Positions 12,053 through 21,533 of a stretch of DNA of 64,000 bases are shown here, in pieces. Made by a program: the position numbers and the translations under genes. Within the stretch, counting starts at the first letter, position 1; every line of letters starts with the position of its first letter. Origin of the DNA: an uncultured Acidobacteriota bacterium (GTDB taxonomy: Bacteria > Acidobacteriota > UBA6911 > RPQK01 > JAPXNP01). Location of the stretch: contig CAVZRV010000030.1 of assembly GCA_963777605.1 (NCBI GenBank), positions 288,001 to 352,000 on the forward strand, read 5' to 3'. Below the pieces are notes generated by a model, which saw nothing but the letters and a program-made list of their open reading frames with translations, had not been told where the DNA came from and made no database searches.

Positions 12053-12681
12053 CGCCGATTCTCAAAATAGTGAGCAAGTTTCTCCCTGACAAAGAGCCGG
12101 GCCCGGTGGATCCGGGTTTTTGTCGTCGGCTCTTTGAGTCCAAGTAATGAGGAGATCTGCTTGATCGAATAGCCTTCGATGTCTTTGAGCACAAGGGGGA
12201 CCCGGTATTCAAAGGGGAGTGACTGAACGGCATCGTACAGTTCACCGGCCAGCTCTGAATTGAGGTACACCTCTTCAGGATCGACCGACCATCCATAGAT
12301 CGCATTTTCGAACTCGCCATCCCGGGAAAAGTTGGGCAGCAGGTCGTCGAGCTGAGTCGTTCTTTCCTGCTTTGACCGGTGTTTCCGGAGCCACATTATC
12401 CCGTTGTTGATTGCGATCCTCCTCATCCATGGCCATATGTCACTTTCCTCCCGAAAAGTTTCAATTTTTCTGATTATTTTCAGGAGAGTGTCCTGGAGAA
12501 TCTCCTCAGCGTCCGATGGATTCTTGGTGTAGTTGAGGATTACCCCGAACAGTGGACGGGAATAATGATCCACGAAATCGTCGATGACGTTCGCGTCAAG
12601 GGCCTTCAAGCCCTCTACTACCTGCTGCTGATCCAATTCCTTCGACTTCATAAGGTCTTTTTCTTTTTTAACATACACCAA
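12049..12681 (-). CDS. ECF RNA polymerase sigma-70 factor
   Basis: Region 2 DAEEILQD...W..RIA and region 4 LPFEYR...TTKTRIHRAR. The start may be ATG 12651. Confidence 0.92.
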   Translation of the reverse strand: MVYVKKEKDLMKSKELDQQQVVEGLKALDANVIDDFVDHYSRPLFGVILNYTKNPSDAEEILQDTLLKIIRKIETFREESDIWPWMRRIAINNGIMWLRKHRSKQERTTQLDDLLPNFSRDGEFENAIYGWSVDPEEVYLNSELAGELYDAVQSLPFEYRVPLVLKDIEGYSIKQISSLLGLKEPTTKTRIHRARLFVREKLAHYFENRR

Positions 12682-12758
12682 TTAGCCCTCTTGTCCCACT
12701 CTCCGCGGAGACAAATTTTTGCCATCAATTCCTCGGCGTTGGTAGGATCAGGATAAAT

Positions 12759-15401
12759 ATGTTGAAGACTGGGAAATGGGTTGTGCCACTGGTTTGTGCC
12801 GCCTTCCTCTGGGGAGGCTGCGATCCGGGCAGTCGACTGCTCGGGCAACGGCTTCCAGAGTACTTTCGCTCCTACCAGGCATTCAAGGAAGCGAACAACC
12901 TGGTCCGGGCCGTCCACAAGAATCGCCTCACGGTATTGATCGAAGAACAGCCCAGTGGGGAACTGGCTCTTGTTGCCACCCATTTCAAAGTTGGCCGGCT
13001 TGACGATGCCAGAGGTCTTGCGCGGATCGTCGGGGGATTGGCTGAGCAGTCTCTGGCAGAGAGCCTGGAGTCTCTCGGAGCGATGGTTACCCTTGAGGTC
13101 GGTGATCACCTGACATCGGTGGTGTCAGTGATCTCTGCCCAGGATCTTGGTGAAGCCCTGCGCGCTCATGCCGCCCTTTTCTCGCTTTCCGAGAAAGGGT
13201 GGGAGTTCGAGGAAGAGAGGGTGAGTGACGCCCGGCAGGAGGAACGTAGTCTTCCGGCCTACGAGCGGCGACATGCCCTGTTTGAGCTGGTCCGATCTGC
13301 CACCGCGACGACACCCGACGATGTGACCGGAGAAGTCGTTCGGGATTTTATTCGGAATCAACTGCGACCCGAGAACAGCATCCTCACCGTGGTGGGGACG
13401 GTCCGCCGCGAGGTGGTTCTGCCCAGGGTGGCCCGGGAACTGGAAGACCTGAAAGTCCCGCCCGTGGAGCCGATCGAGATTAAAACCAAGGCGACCGAGC
13501 CCAAGCCGGAATTTCAGTATCGGGAAGTGCGGGCAGCAGTTGCTGCGCCTTCCGTTCTGGTCGGTTTTCCGGTCCCCGGAGACGCGGATCTCGAGGAGCC
13601 GGTACTGACGCTGGTTCGGTATATGATGACGGAAGGCTACGCGTCCCTGATATCCATTCCACGCGAAGGGGACAAGGGGCGTGCTCTGTTGGCCCGGTCC
13701 GGTACCGGGACCAACCGTGAAGGGGCGCTGCTCTGGTTCGAAATCGACACCGGGAAGGCGTCTCTCGAATCGGCAGAGACGCGCTTCTTCGTGGTCCTTC
13801 GCGCTCTTGCCGATGAGGACCCGCCCGAGGCGATCGTAAACAGGGGGAAGGCACTTATGCTGACCGACTGGTACGCTTCGCAGGAGACTCTCGAGGGACG
13901 AAGCGCGGCCTTGGCAAGGAGCGAAGTCAAGGGTGATTTCACTTCCCGAGACCGCTTTCCCGACCGGCTCAAGGCGATTACCGGTCGGCAGGTGCGTGAG
14001 GCCGTGCGCCGATACCTGACCGTCGATTCGGCTTCTGTTCTGGAGTATCTCCCGAACGAGTTTGAGTCCCGTACGTTCACGGCATCCGGTTTTCTGGAGA
14101 CGCTCAAGACGTTGGTTGCCGCCCAACTTCCCGAGGAGAAAGCTTTTCTGGTCAGCCTTGGCGCTGACGGCGAGGTTGGGCAGTTTCAGGTGCCCGCTCT
14201 GCCGGCAAGCTACGGGGAAGAGCCACTCCGGAAGAGCTCGGTCTTGCGCGGACCGATGATCCTTCTGAGGGAGCGGCACTTCCTGCCCCTCGTCCACTTC
14301 GGATTCTTCTACGTCGGCGGGCGGGTTTCGGAGACTCCGGAAAATGCCGGCCTTACTGAAGTCCTTACCCGTTCCGTGCTCGAGTACCGGATGAGGACGG
14401 CGCCACTGGAGATGCTCGCTCTCGAGGCCTCCGGGGCCCGGTTTGAGCCGATCGACGAAGAGGAGTTCTTCGGGATCCGGCTGACCGTGACCTCGAACAC
14501 TCTGGATCGGGTATTCGGTCATATCGTGAACTGGCTCAGGGAGGCGGCCGAGTTCTCCGAGAGCGATATCGATTGCGCCCGGCGCAGCTTTGCGATCGAT
14601 CTGGACGAACATTGCGGAGATTCCTGCCGAAACCGGATGGAGGCCCTTCAGGAGATCTTTGCCGATCAACTGTACGGGTTTACTGCTTTGGCTCTCTCCC
14701 GGCCCCTCCAGGCTTTCCGGCCCGAGCAACTCGCAGAATGGAGGGATCGTTTCACCGTGAAAACTCTCCCCGTATTTGTGGTGTCTGGAGACGTGAGCGG
14801 AACTTCGTTTCTCGAAGGTCTGGTGTCGCGGTTGAGCGATCCGAGCTTCTCTCAGGGGAAGCTCCCGAGCCTGAAAGCGCGCTATGCCGACAAGGAGCCG
14901 GTCACCCGGCGTTGGCGGGACAGGACTCTCCTCCTTTTCGAAGGGCCAAAGGCGGGGTCCGATTACGTGGAAATGCTCGACTTGGCTTCTCACCTGATGT
15001 CCGGCAGGTCGGGACGGGTGGAAGAGAAGCTGCGTGCCGAGAATCTTGGGTTTCACTTTGATATTCGGCAGAAGAGCTTAAGTGGGGGAGGCGTGGTCGA
15101 GATCGATGTCATCTCCGCCTCTGATCATCAGGATGAGGCAGTCAAGGCGGCCCTCGCGGCGATCAGGGATACTCGGGAGAGCACTGTGCCTCCCGCTCAG
15201 TTCAGGGGCGCGCAGGTGAAAACCATTCTTCGACTGCTGGCGCGGCAGCAGGATCCCGAGACATTCCTTTCGGACACGATGAGAGCTGTGCTTGCAGGCG
15301 AACCGGCGGACTACGCAACCCGATACCGACTCAACATCCGCCAGATGAGAATGGGCGAAGTGGAAATGGCAATCGACCGATACCTCGCGGAGGATCAATG
15401 A
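12759..15401 (+). CDS. M16 (insulinase)-like lipoprotein lacking the HXXEH motif
   Basis: LWGGC lipobox and two M16-like halves (…RPENSILTVVG…, …GGRVSETPENAGLT…). No HxxEH motif is present. Confidence 0.75.
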   Translation: MLKTGKWVVPLVCAAFLWGGCDPGSRLLGQRLPEYFRSYQAFKEANNLVRAVHKNRLTVLIEEQPSGELALVATHFKVGRLDDARGLARIVGGLAEQSLAESLESLGAMVTLEVGDHLTSVVSVISAQDLGEALRAHAALFSLSEKGWEFEEERVSDARQEERSLPAYERRHALFELVRSATATTPDDVTGEVVRDFIRNQLRPENSILTVVGTVRREVVLPRVARELEDLKVPPVEPIEIKTKATEPKPEFQYREVRAAVAAPSVLVGFPVPGDADLEEPVLTLVRYMMTEGYASLISIPREGDKGRALLARSGTGTNREGALLWFEIDTGKASLESAETRFFVVLRALADEDPPEAIVNRGKALMLTDWYASQETLEGRSAALARSEVKGDFTSRDRFPDRLKAITGRQVREAVRRYLTVDSASVLEYLPNEFESRTFTASGFLETLKTLVAAQLPEEKAFLVSLGADGEVGQFQVPALPASYGEEPLRKSSVLRGPMILLRERHFLPLVHFGFFYVGGRVSETPENAGLTEVLTRSVLEYRMRTAPLEMLALEASGARFEPIDEEEFFGIRLTVTSNTLDRVFGHIVNWLREAAEFSESDIDCARRSFAIDLDEHCGDSCRNRMEALQEIFADQLYGFTALALSRPLQAFRPEQLAEWRDRFTVKTLPVFVVSGDVSGTSFLEGLVSRLSDPSFSQGKLPSLKARYADKEPVTRRWRDRTLLLFEGPKAGSDYVEMLDLASHLMSGRSGRVEEKLRAENLGFHFDIRQKSLSGGGVVEIDVISASDHQDEAVKAALAAIRDTRESTVPPAQFRGAQVKTILRLLARQQDPETFLSDTMRAVLAGEPADYATRYRLNIRQMRMGEVEMAIDRYLAEDQ

Positions 15402-16456
15402 AAGCACTGATCATGGCAGGAGGCCAGGGCACTCGGTTCTGGCCGCTCAGCCTGGAAGACCGACCCAAACAATTTCTTCATCTCACTGGAAGTCGTTCGA
15501 TGCTGCAGCAGACGATCGACCGATTGGCACCTTTGATGGAGCCGTCGGACGTGTTTGTCGTGGCCAGCGGGCGCTACGTTTCCGAAATTGAACGGCAGCT
15601 TCCCGAACTCGAGGTCGATCAGGTCATTGTTGAGCCGGCTCCTCGCAACACCGCACCCTGTATCGCACTTTCCCTGATGGAAATCAGAAATCGTTACCCT
15701 GACGAAATCATCACGGTTCTACCGGCCGACCACACGATTTCCGATATTCGGGGTTTTCACCGGGCGCTGTACGCCGCGGAAGTCCTCGCCAGAAAGGGCT
15801 GGTTGGTTACGTTTGGGATCCGTCCCGGATTTCCTTCGACCGGTTTTGGATATGTCAAGCGGGGCGAATCACTCGACCTGGACCTGGGCATCCCTGCGTT
15901 TCGGGTTGAACGCTTCACAGAGAAGCCCGATCTCGAATTGGCTCGGTCTTTTGTTTCCAGCGGGAATTACTTCTGGAACGGGGGCATGTTCGTGGGAGCG
16001 ATTGAGCGTTTCTGGGAAGAGCTCAAGCGGTGGATGCCCGACCTCGTGGATGCACTGGACAAGATGTCTTCGGCGACTGATCCAGGCGAGGCCGCCGAGA
16101 TTTTCATGGGGCTGGACAAAGTCTCGTTCGACTACGGGGTGATGGAGCGGACCTCCATGGCTGCGACCGTTGTCTGTGACATCGGCTGGAATGACCTGGG
16201 AAGCTGGAAGGCGGTCGGTGAAGTGCGCCAGGCAGACTCCCGGGGAATCGTCGCAGAAGGACCTATTGAGACGGTGGATTCCAGTGACTGTGTCGTAGTC
16301 GCTGACCCGAAGAAGTTGGTGGCTCTGGTCGGAGTGTCGAACCTGGCGGTTGTCGACACCGGCGAGGCGCTCCTGGTCTGCGACCTGGAGCGCACCGAAG
16401 AGGTCAGGGAAATCGTCAGACAACTCCGCGAGAAAAAGCTGGGGCACTATCTTTGA
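15398..16456 (+). CDS. manC: Mannose-1-phosphate guanylyltransferase
   Basis: IMAGGQGTRFWPLS, PKQFL, EPAPRNTAP, PADH, FTEKP and WNDLGSW motifs. Confidence 0.95.
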   Translation: MKALIMAGGQGTRFWPLSLEDRPKQFLHLTGSRSMLQQTIDRLAPLMEPSDVFVVASGRYVSEIERQLPELEVDQVIVEPAPRNTAPCIALSLMEIRNRYPDEIITVLPADHTISDIRGFHRALYAAEVLARKGWLVTFGIRPGFPSTGFGYVKRGESLDLDLGIPAFRVERFTEKPDLELARSFVSSGNYFWNGGMFVGAIERFWEELKRWMPDLVDALDKMSSATDPGEAAEIFMGLDKVSFDYGVMERTSMAATVVCDIGWNDLGSWKAVGEVRQADSRGIVAEGPIETVDSSDCVVVADPKKLVALVGVSNLAVVDTGEALLVCDLERTEEVREIVRQLREKKLGHYL

Positions 16457-17836
16457 ATCACGGTATTTTTCGCGAATACGACATCCGTGGAACTGTCGAG
16501 AATGACCTGACGGCCGAGTCGGTTGAACGGCTCGGGTGGGCAATGGGCGCTTTTTATCGCCATCGGAAGTGTTTGACGATGGCGATTGGGCGCGACGCAA
16601 GGTCCAGCTCCGAAGGGCTCTTTCAGCAGCTGGTTCAAGGACTGGTGGGAAGTGGCCTGGAGGTAGTGGATATTGGGCTCTGTCCGACCCCCGCACTCTA
16701 TTTCGCCTCCATCCGGCTTGGTTCGGACTGCGCCGTGATGATTACCGGCAGCCATAACCCTCCGAAGTACAACGGCTTCAAGCTGGTTCTCCGTCAACTT
16801 CCGGTCTACGGAGCCGAGATTCAGGAAATTGGTCAAATCACCCTGCAGGGCAAGCGCCTGGAGGGACAGGGACGGCTTACGCATCAGGCGATTCTCGACG
16901 ATTACTGTGCGGCGCTCGTCGAACGACTATCTCCCGTGGCCCGGCCGATTCGGGTCGTAGTCGATGCCGGTAACGGAACAGGGGGCATGGTTGCGGAGCG
17001 GGTTTACTCGGCTCTGGGCTGCCGGATCGTCGCTCTCTACTGCGATGTGGACGGCCGCTTTCCCAATCACCACCCCGACCCCACCGTGACGGAGAATCTG
17101 ACCGACCTCATCCAAAGAGTGAGAAGCGAGAACGCCGACCTCGGAATCGCATTTGACGGGGACGCCGACCGGTTGGGGGCGGTTGACGAGAACGGATCGA
17201 TTCTGTGGGGGGACGATCTCCTGATTCTGTTTGCCCGGGAGGTCCTGAAGGCGCACCCCGGCACACCGGTCATCGGAGACGTGAAGTGCTCCGACCGGCT
17301 CTTTGAGGAGATTCGGGCGAGGGGCGGAGTGCCGATCATGTGGAAATCGGGCCACTCTCTGATCAAGGCCAAAATGCGAGAGGTGAAAGCCCTTTTGGCC
17401 GGAGAATGGAGCGCGCATTTCTGCTTTGCCGACCGTTTCTTTGGGTTTGACGACGGAGTGTACGCCGGTGGGCGCCTGATCGAGATCTGTTCGCAAGAAG
17501 CCGAAATGCGGACTTTCGAAATTGCTCGAGGGAGGCGAGCGTTACGCGACTCCGGAGTTCAGAATCGCCTGCCTCGAGGAATGCAAGTTCGAGGTTGTCC
17601 GTACTCTGAGTGAGTTCTTTTCCGCCCGGTACGATACCATTACACTGGATGGTGTAAGAGTGAATTTCGACGGTGGATGGGCCCTGGTCAGAGCATCGAA
17701 TACGCAGGCTGTTCTGGTGACCCGGTTTGAAGGTAGGACTCCTGAACAGAGAGATGAGATTCGTGCCCGGGTCGAAGGGAAACTCGCCGAGGTAATCAAT
17801 GATCTGAATTCGGGAGATGCTGGATGCATTACGTGA
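16453..17836 (+). CDS. algC: Phosphomannomutase/phosphoglucomutase (AlgC-type), +1 frameshift near 17505
   Basis: IFREYDIRG, ITGSHNP, FPNHHPDP and FDGDADR motifs. The C-terminal domain (TPE...DGVRV...RASNT) is in the second frame. The span is 3n+1. Confidence 0.88.
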
Positions 17837-18639
17837 TGGTGGTCAGCGATGGAACGGGAGAGACTGCTTACCGTTTGTTGCGGGCGGCAGCCCGTCAATT
17901 TGACTCTGATGTCTTGATTACGCGTTATGCCAACGTCCGGGAAAGGGAACAGATAAGGGAAATCGTTCGCGCGGTCACCCGAAGCCGAAGCCGAAGCCTG
18001 ATCGTGCACACTTTCGCTTCACAGGAGCTCAGGGAATTCGTCGGCCGGGTGGCGGCCGAAGAAGGCGCCATGAGCGTCGACGTTTTCGGTCCGATACTCC
18101 AGGAGCTTTCTGTGTTCTTCGACAAGAAGCCGGTCTCCAAGCCCGGCCTTCTCCACCAGGTTGACGATGAATACTTTGATCGGGTGGAAGCCATCGAGTT
18201 TGCGATTCGCCATGACGACGGTACGCAACTCGACGACATCGAAAATGCCGATATCGTTCTTGTGGGAGTCTCCCGCACGTCCAAGACTCCCCTCAGCATT
18301 TACCTGGCGCAGGACGGATGGAGGGTGGCGAATATTCCTATCACCGTGGGAACCCGACTGCCGGGGAAAATCTTCGAGATTGACAAGCACAAGGTTGTCG
18401 GCCTGATTGTGAATCCTGAACGGCTTGCCGAGGCCCGCAAGGTGAGGCTGGAACAGCTCGGGGTTGAGGGGAGCAGCTACGCCGACGAGGAGAGGATCCG
18501 CGGAGAGATCGAGTACGCCCGCGCGATTTTCGACCAGAATCCGTCCTGGCCGGTCATTGACGTGACCGGGAAGTCGATCGAGGAAATCTCCCAGGAGGTT
18601 CTCGACGTCGTAATCGGCCGCGGGCGCAAGCTCCAGTAG
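17824..18639 (+). CDS. ppsR: PEP synthase/pyruvate-phosphate dikinase regulatory kinase-pyrophosphorylase (DUF299)
   Basis: VSDGTGET, AIEFAIRHDDG, GVSRTSKTPLS and DVTGKSIEE motifs. Confidence 0.92.
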   Translation: MHYVMVVSDGTGETAYRLLRAAARQFDSDVLITRYANVREREQIREIVRAVTRSRSRSLIVHTFASQELREFVGRVAAEEGAMSVDVFGPILQELSVFFDKKPVSKPGLLHQVDDEYFDRVEAIEFAIRHDDGTQLDDIENADIVLVGVSRTSKTPLSIYLAQDGWRVANIPITVGTRLPGKIFEIDKHKVVGLIVNPERLAEARKVRLEQLGVEGSSYADEERIRGEIEYARAIFDQNPSWPVIDVTGKSIEEISQEVLDVVIGRGRKLQ

Positions 18640-18657
18640 CGGGAACGCAGGTCCGTC

Positions 18658-19512
18658 ATGGCTCTGATTTTTGCTTCCAAGTACGAGGCATACGGCAACG
18701 ACTACCTGGTTCTGGGTTCGGACCAGGTTTGCGAAACTTCCTGGCCCGGCCTGACCCGGGACATCTGTACGGCTCACTTCGGAGTTGGGGCGGACGGCTG
18801 TGTCTTCCTGACGATTGCCTCGGAGGGACCAGCCGGGTTCCGGATTCTCAACCCTGACGGATCCGAGGCCGGGATGTCCGGGAACGGGTCCCGGTGCGCG
18901 GCGGCTTTTCTTCACCACAAGAAGATCGTCACGTCTCCCGCCGTTGAACTCTCCACCCGGATGGGACCCAGAACGCTGGTTCGGGTCGAGAGCGGGGACG
19001 GAGTCTGGCAGTATCGAGCGTCGATGGGCGAACCTGCCTTTGCCGCCTCCGGAATCCCATTCCTGGCGAATTCCGCTGAGACTCTCGTCAGGAAGATGCC
19101 TCTAGAGCTTGGCGGGCGGACCGTCACCATCGACGCCCTCTCCGTGGGCAACCCGCAGTGCGTCCTGATTCGGGAGACGCTTCCCGGGGATGCGGAGTAT
19201 CAGGAGTTGGGTCCGGCCCTGTCAACCCACCCGAGGTTCCCCGAAGGGACGAATGTCAGTTTCGTACGGGTCCTGGACCGGCGGAAGATCCAGATTCGGA
19301 TCTGGGAGAGGGGAGTAGGTCCTACCCACTCGTCCGGAACGGGGTGTTGCGGGGCCGCCGTGGCGGCTCTCCGGGCCGGACTGGTTGACTCTCCGGTTGA
19401 AGTCATGACCGGCACGGGGGCGCAGACCGTCGAGTGGACGCCTGGAGCTGAGATCCACCTGTCCGGGGATGTCCGGTTTGTCGCCGACGTGCACTACCAC
19501 TGGCGGGGCTGA
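18658..19512 (+). CDS. dapF: Diaminopimelate epimerase family protein with Ser/Ser active site
   Basis: GNDY, GVGADG, NPDGSEA, GNP, TNV and WERGVG motifs. The catalytic motifs read MSGNG and SSGTG. Confidence 0.85.
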   Translation: MALIFASKYEAYGNDYLVLGSDQVCETSWPGLTRDICTAHFGVGADGCVFLTIASEGPAGFRILNPDGSEAGMSGNGSRCAAAFLHHKKIVTSPAVELSTRMGPRTLVRVESGDGVWQYRASMGEPAFAASGIPFLANSAETLVRKMPLELGGRTVTIDALSVGNPQCVLIRETLPGDAEYQELGPALSTHPRFPEGTNVSFVRVLDRRKIQIRIWERGVGPTHSSGTGCCGAAVAALRAGLVDSPVEVMTGTGAQTVEWTPGAEIHLSGDVRFVADVHYHWRG

Positions 19513-19514
19513 CC

Positions 19515-19805
19515 TGAAACTTCATTTGGATGAGTTCCTGGTTCCTGGTTTCTAGTTCCTGGAGGGAGAGTAATCCAGGCAGCCGTGCCTGCTTTGGCGG
19601 CCGGGCAGCTTGCCCGGCGGAAGTGAACATTCTCAATCCAGGATTCTTGATTTCCGGTTTGTTTTGAAACAGTTCGCCACCGGGACTGAATCGCACTTTC
19701 AGTGCTGCATTGCCGTCTCGGTTCCCATTCCCGGGGCGTTGCTGCCGGGCTGCAAATGATCCTGCGCCGTTGGCGCGCTCATCTGGCGATGCTTCACCAG
19801 TTTCA
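19515..19805. repeat. TGAAACT...AGTTTCA-bounded element A (GTTCCTG heptamers plus REP-like hairpins)
   Basis: Has the same termini as elements B and C. Contains hairpins GCCGGGCAGCTTGCCCGGC, GCACTTTCAGTGC and GCGCCGTTGGCGC. Confidence 0.65.
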
Positions 19806-19845
19806 CTCTCTGAATGGTCCGGCGCCGCCGGGGGCCCGGCTGACT

Positions 19846-20216
19846 TGAAACTCAATTTGGATGAACTGGAAGAACTGGATGATTTGGACGCGTTTGGATG
19901 GGAATTGAGGCGATCGGTGGAGAGCCAGGGACGTGATTATCGGCTGGATCCTGGTTCCTGGTCCGGGGCCAGACGTGGATGAGTGATGATCACAGGATCG
20001 GCGCCGGGCCGGCCCCTGAAGGGGGCCTGTTTCCAGCCCAGGCATTTGCCTGGGTTCACGGCCCACCCATCAAGAATCCCGCCCTGAAAGGGCGGCACAG
20101 CTCTCCGGACGTGAAGAATCGGCGCGACCTTACAGGCCGCGATCGCCTTGCCGGGACCCCAGACCCAGGGCAAGCCCTGGGCTGAAACCAAGGCGCCAGC
20201 GCCAGGTCCAGTTTCA
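19846..20216. repeat. TGAAACT...AGTTTCA-bounded palindromic element B (REPIN/MITE-like)
   Basis: Aligns end to end with 45835-46201. 7-bp terminal inverted repeat and multiple internal hairpins. Confidence 0.85.
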
Positions 20217-20331
20217 CTCCTTGAATGATCCGGCGCGGCCGGTGGCCGCACTGACCTGGAATTTTGATCGGAGGCTTGAGTTTTTACCGCAGAGACAAGT
20301 CCCCGGGCATCAGCGGATCGGTGTCCGGTTC

Positions 20332-21498
20332 TCAGTTTGGCGGGTTTGGGGGAGCAGCGATCAGGAGGGCGAGCAGGGCTGTCCTCTCTGCCAGTCGGTC
20401 GATCCGGATGAACTCGTGTCGGGCGTGAGCGCCTCCGCCCACGGATCCAAGACCATCCAAAGTGGCGGCAAAGGGGCTGGTGAGGTTCCCATCCGAGGCC
20501 CCTCCCGACTCACACTCACCCAGTTCGATGTCGAGCAGCGTCGCGCAGGACCTCGCCTGTTCCCAGAGTCTGCGGTTCCGGGCCGTCGGTTCGAGCGGCG
20601 GTCGGTCAATGCCTCCTTCGACGTGGATTGCAGCGCCAGGTTGGTGGGGGACAAGCCCTCTGATGACGGTTTCTACCTTCCGTGCTTCCGACAGGGTGCT
20701 GGCCCGGACATCAACCTCGGCGACGGCTTCAGCGGGTACCACGTTGGGCCGGGTTCCCCCTCGCACGGTTCCGACCGTGACTGAGACACCCTTCTGGGAA
20801 TCGTTTAGTCCACTGACTTCCTGGATGATTCGGCTCATTTCGAAAATCGCGCTGACCCCGGATTCGGGTTCGAGACCGGCATGAGCCTCCCGACCGGTAA
20901 CCCGGATGGTGAATAGTCCAACCCCTTTTCGGGTGGTCTTGATGAGCCCCTCGGGACCGGAGGCCGGCTCGGGAATCAGAACGCGCACGACCCGGCGGGC
21001 GATCCACTGGATGTTGTACCGGGAATCCTCGCTGCCCAGTTCTTCATCAGAACTTACGTAGACGATCGGAGTCACCGGCAGTGGGATGCCCAGCTCCCGC
21101 AGAGCACGAAGGGCACCCAGGACCTGCGAGAGGCCGGCCTTCATATCGAACACGCCAGGGCCGCGGAGGATCGCGCCGTCGGTCTCCAGCGGCATCGTCT
21201 CCAGAGTTCCGGTAGGCCAGACCGTGTCGCAGTGTCCGAGAAGAAGCTGCCCGGGTGCCCCCCGGAGTCTTGTTCTGGGCAGCGCGAAGAGCCGTCCACC
21301 GCTGTGCCGGCCTCGCAGGATCGTCGCGCGGAAATCGAGGTCCTCCAGGAACTCGGCCAGAAGATTGAGAATCGGCCGTTGCGACCCGGGTTCGGTCGAG
21401 GGAGACTCCAGCCTGACGAGACTGCGCAACAGTTCCAGTTGTTCGTCGAGATGCCCGTGCAGGAAATTGCTGATCCTGTTCGCTGACTTTCGGTCCAT
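20332..21498 (-). CDS. M20 family metallopeptidase (glutamate carboxypeptidase-like)
   Basis: GHCDTV, GPGVFDMK, SDEELGS, AHAG, GGASDGN and GAHA..E motifs. Confidence 0.92.
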   Translation of the reverse strand: MDRKSANRISNFLHGHLDEQLELLRSLVRLESPSTEPGSQRPILNLLAEFLEDLDFRATILRGRHSGGRLFALPRTRLRGAPGQLLLGHCDTVWPTGTLETMPLETDGAILRGPGVFDMKAGLSQVLGALRALRELGIPLPVTPIVYVSSDEELGSEDSRYNIQWIARRVVRVLIPEPASGPEGLIKTTRKGVGLFTIRVTGREAHAGLEPESGVSAIFEMSRIIQEVSGLNDSQKGVSVTVGTVRGGTRPNVVPAEAVAEVDVRASTLSEARKVETVIRGLVPHQPGAAIHVEGGIDRPPLEPTARNRRLWEQARSCATLLDIELGECESGGASDGNLTSPFAATLDGLGSVGGGAHARHEFIRIDRLAERTALLALLIAAPPNPPN

Positions 21499-21533
21499 AC
21501 TCCCGCTTTCCGGTTGCCTCTACTCGATGCGAT

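Noticed and set aside
13125-15056. 643-aa antisense ORF, and other long antisense ORFs such as 58270-59727, 42162-43229 and 31459-32523
   Set aside because: These are shadow ORFs opposite well-supported genes, as expected in high-GC DNA. They have no recognisable motifs.
19979-20185. Small ORF MSDDHRIGAG.APEGGLFPAQAFAWVHGPP, similar to part of ORF 45851-46246
   Set aside because: The similarity comes from the DNA repeat. The two ORFs differ in length and diverge after the shared block, and the changes preserve hairpins rather than codons.
19508-20262. CRISPR array or integron attC array
   Set aside because: The spacers are ~290-370 bp, the repeats are degenerate and few, there are no RYYYAAC/GTTRRRY cores, and there is no cas or intI gene.
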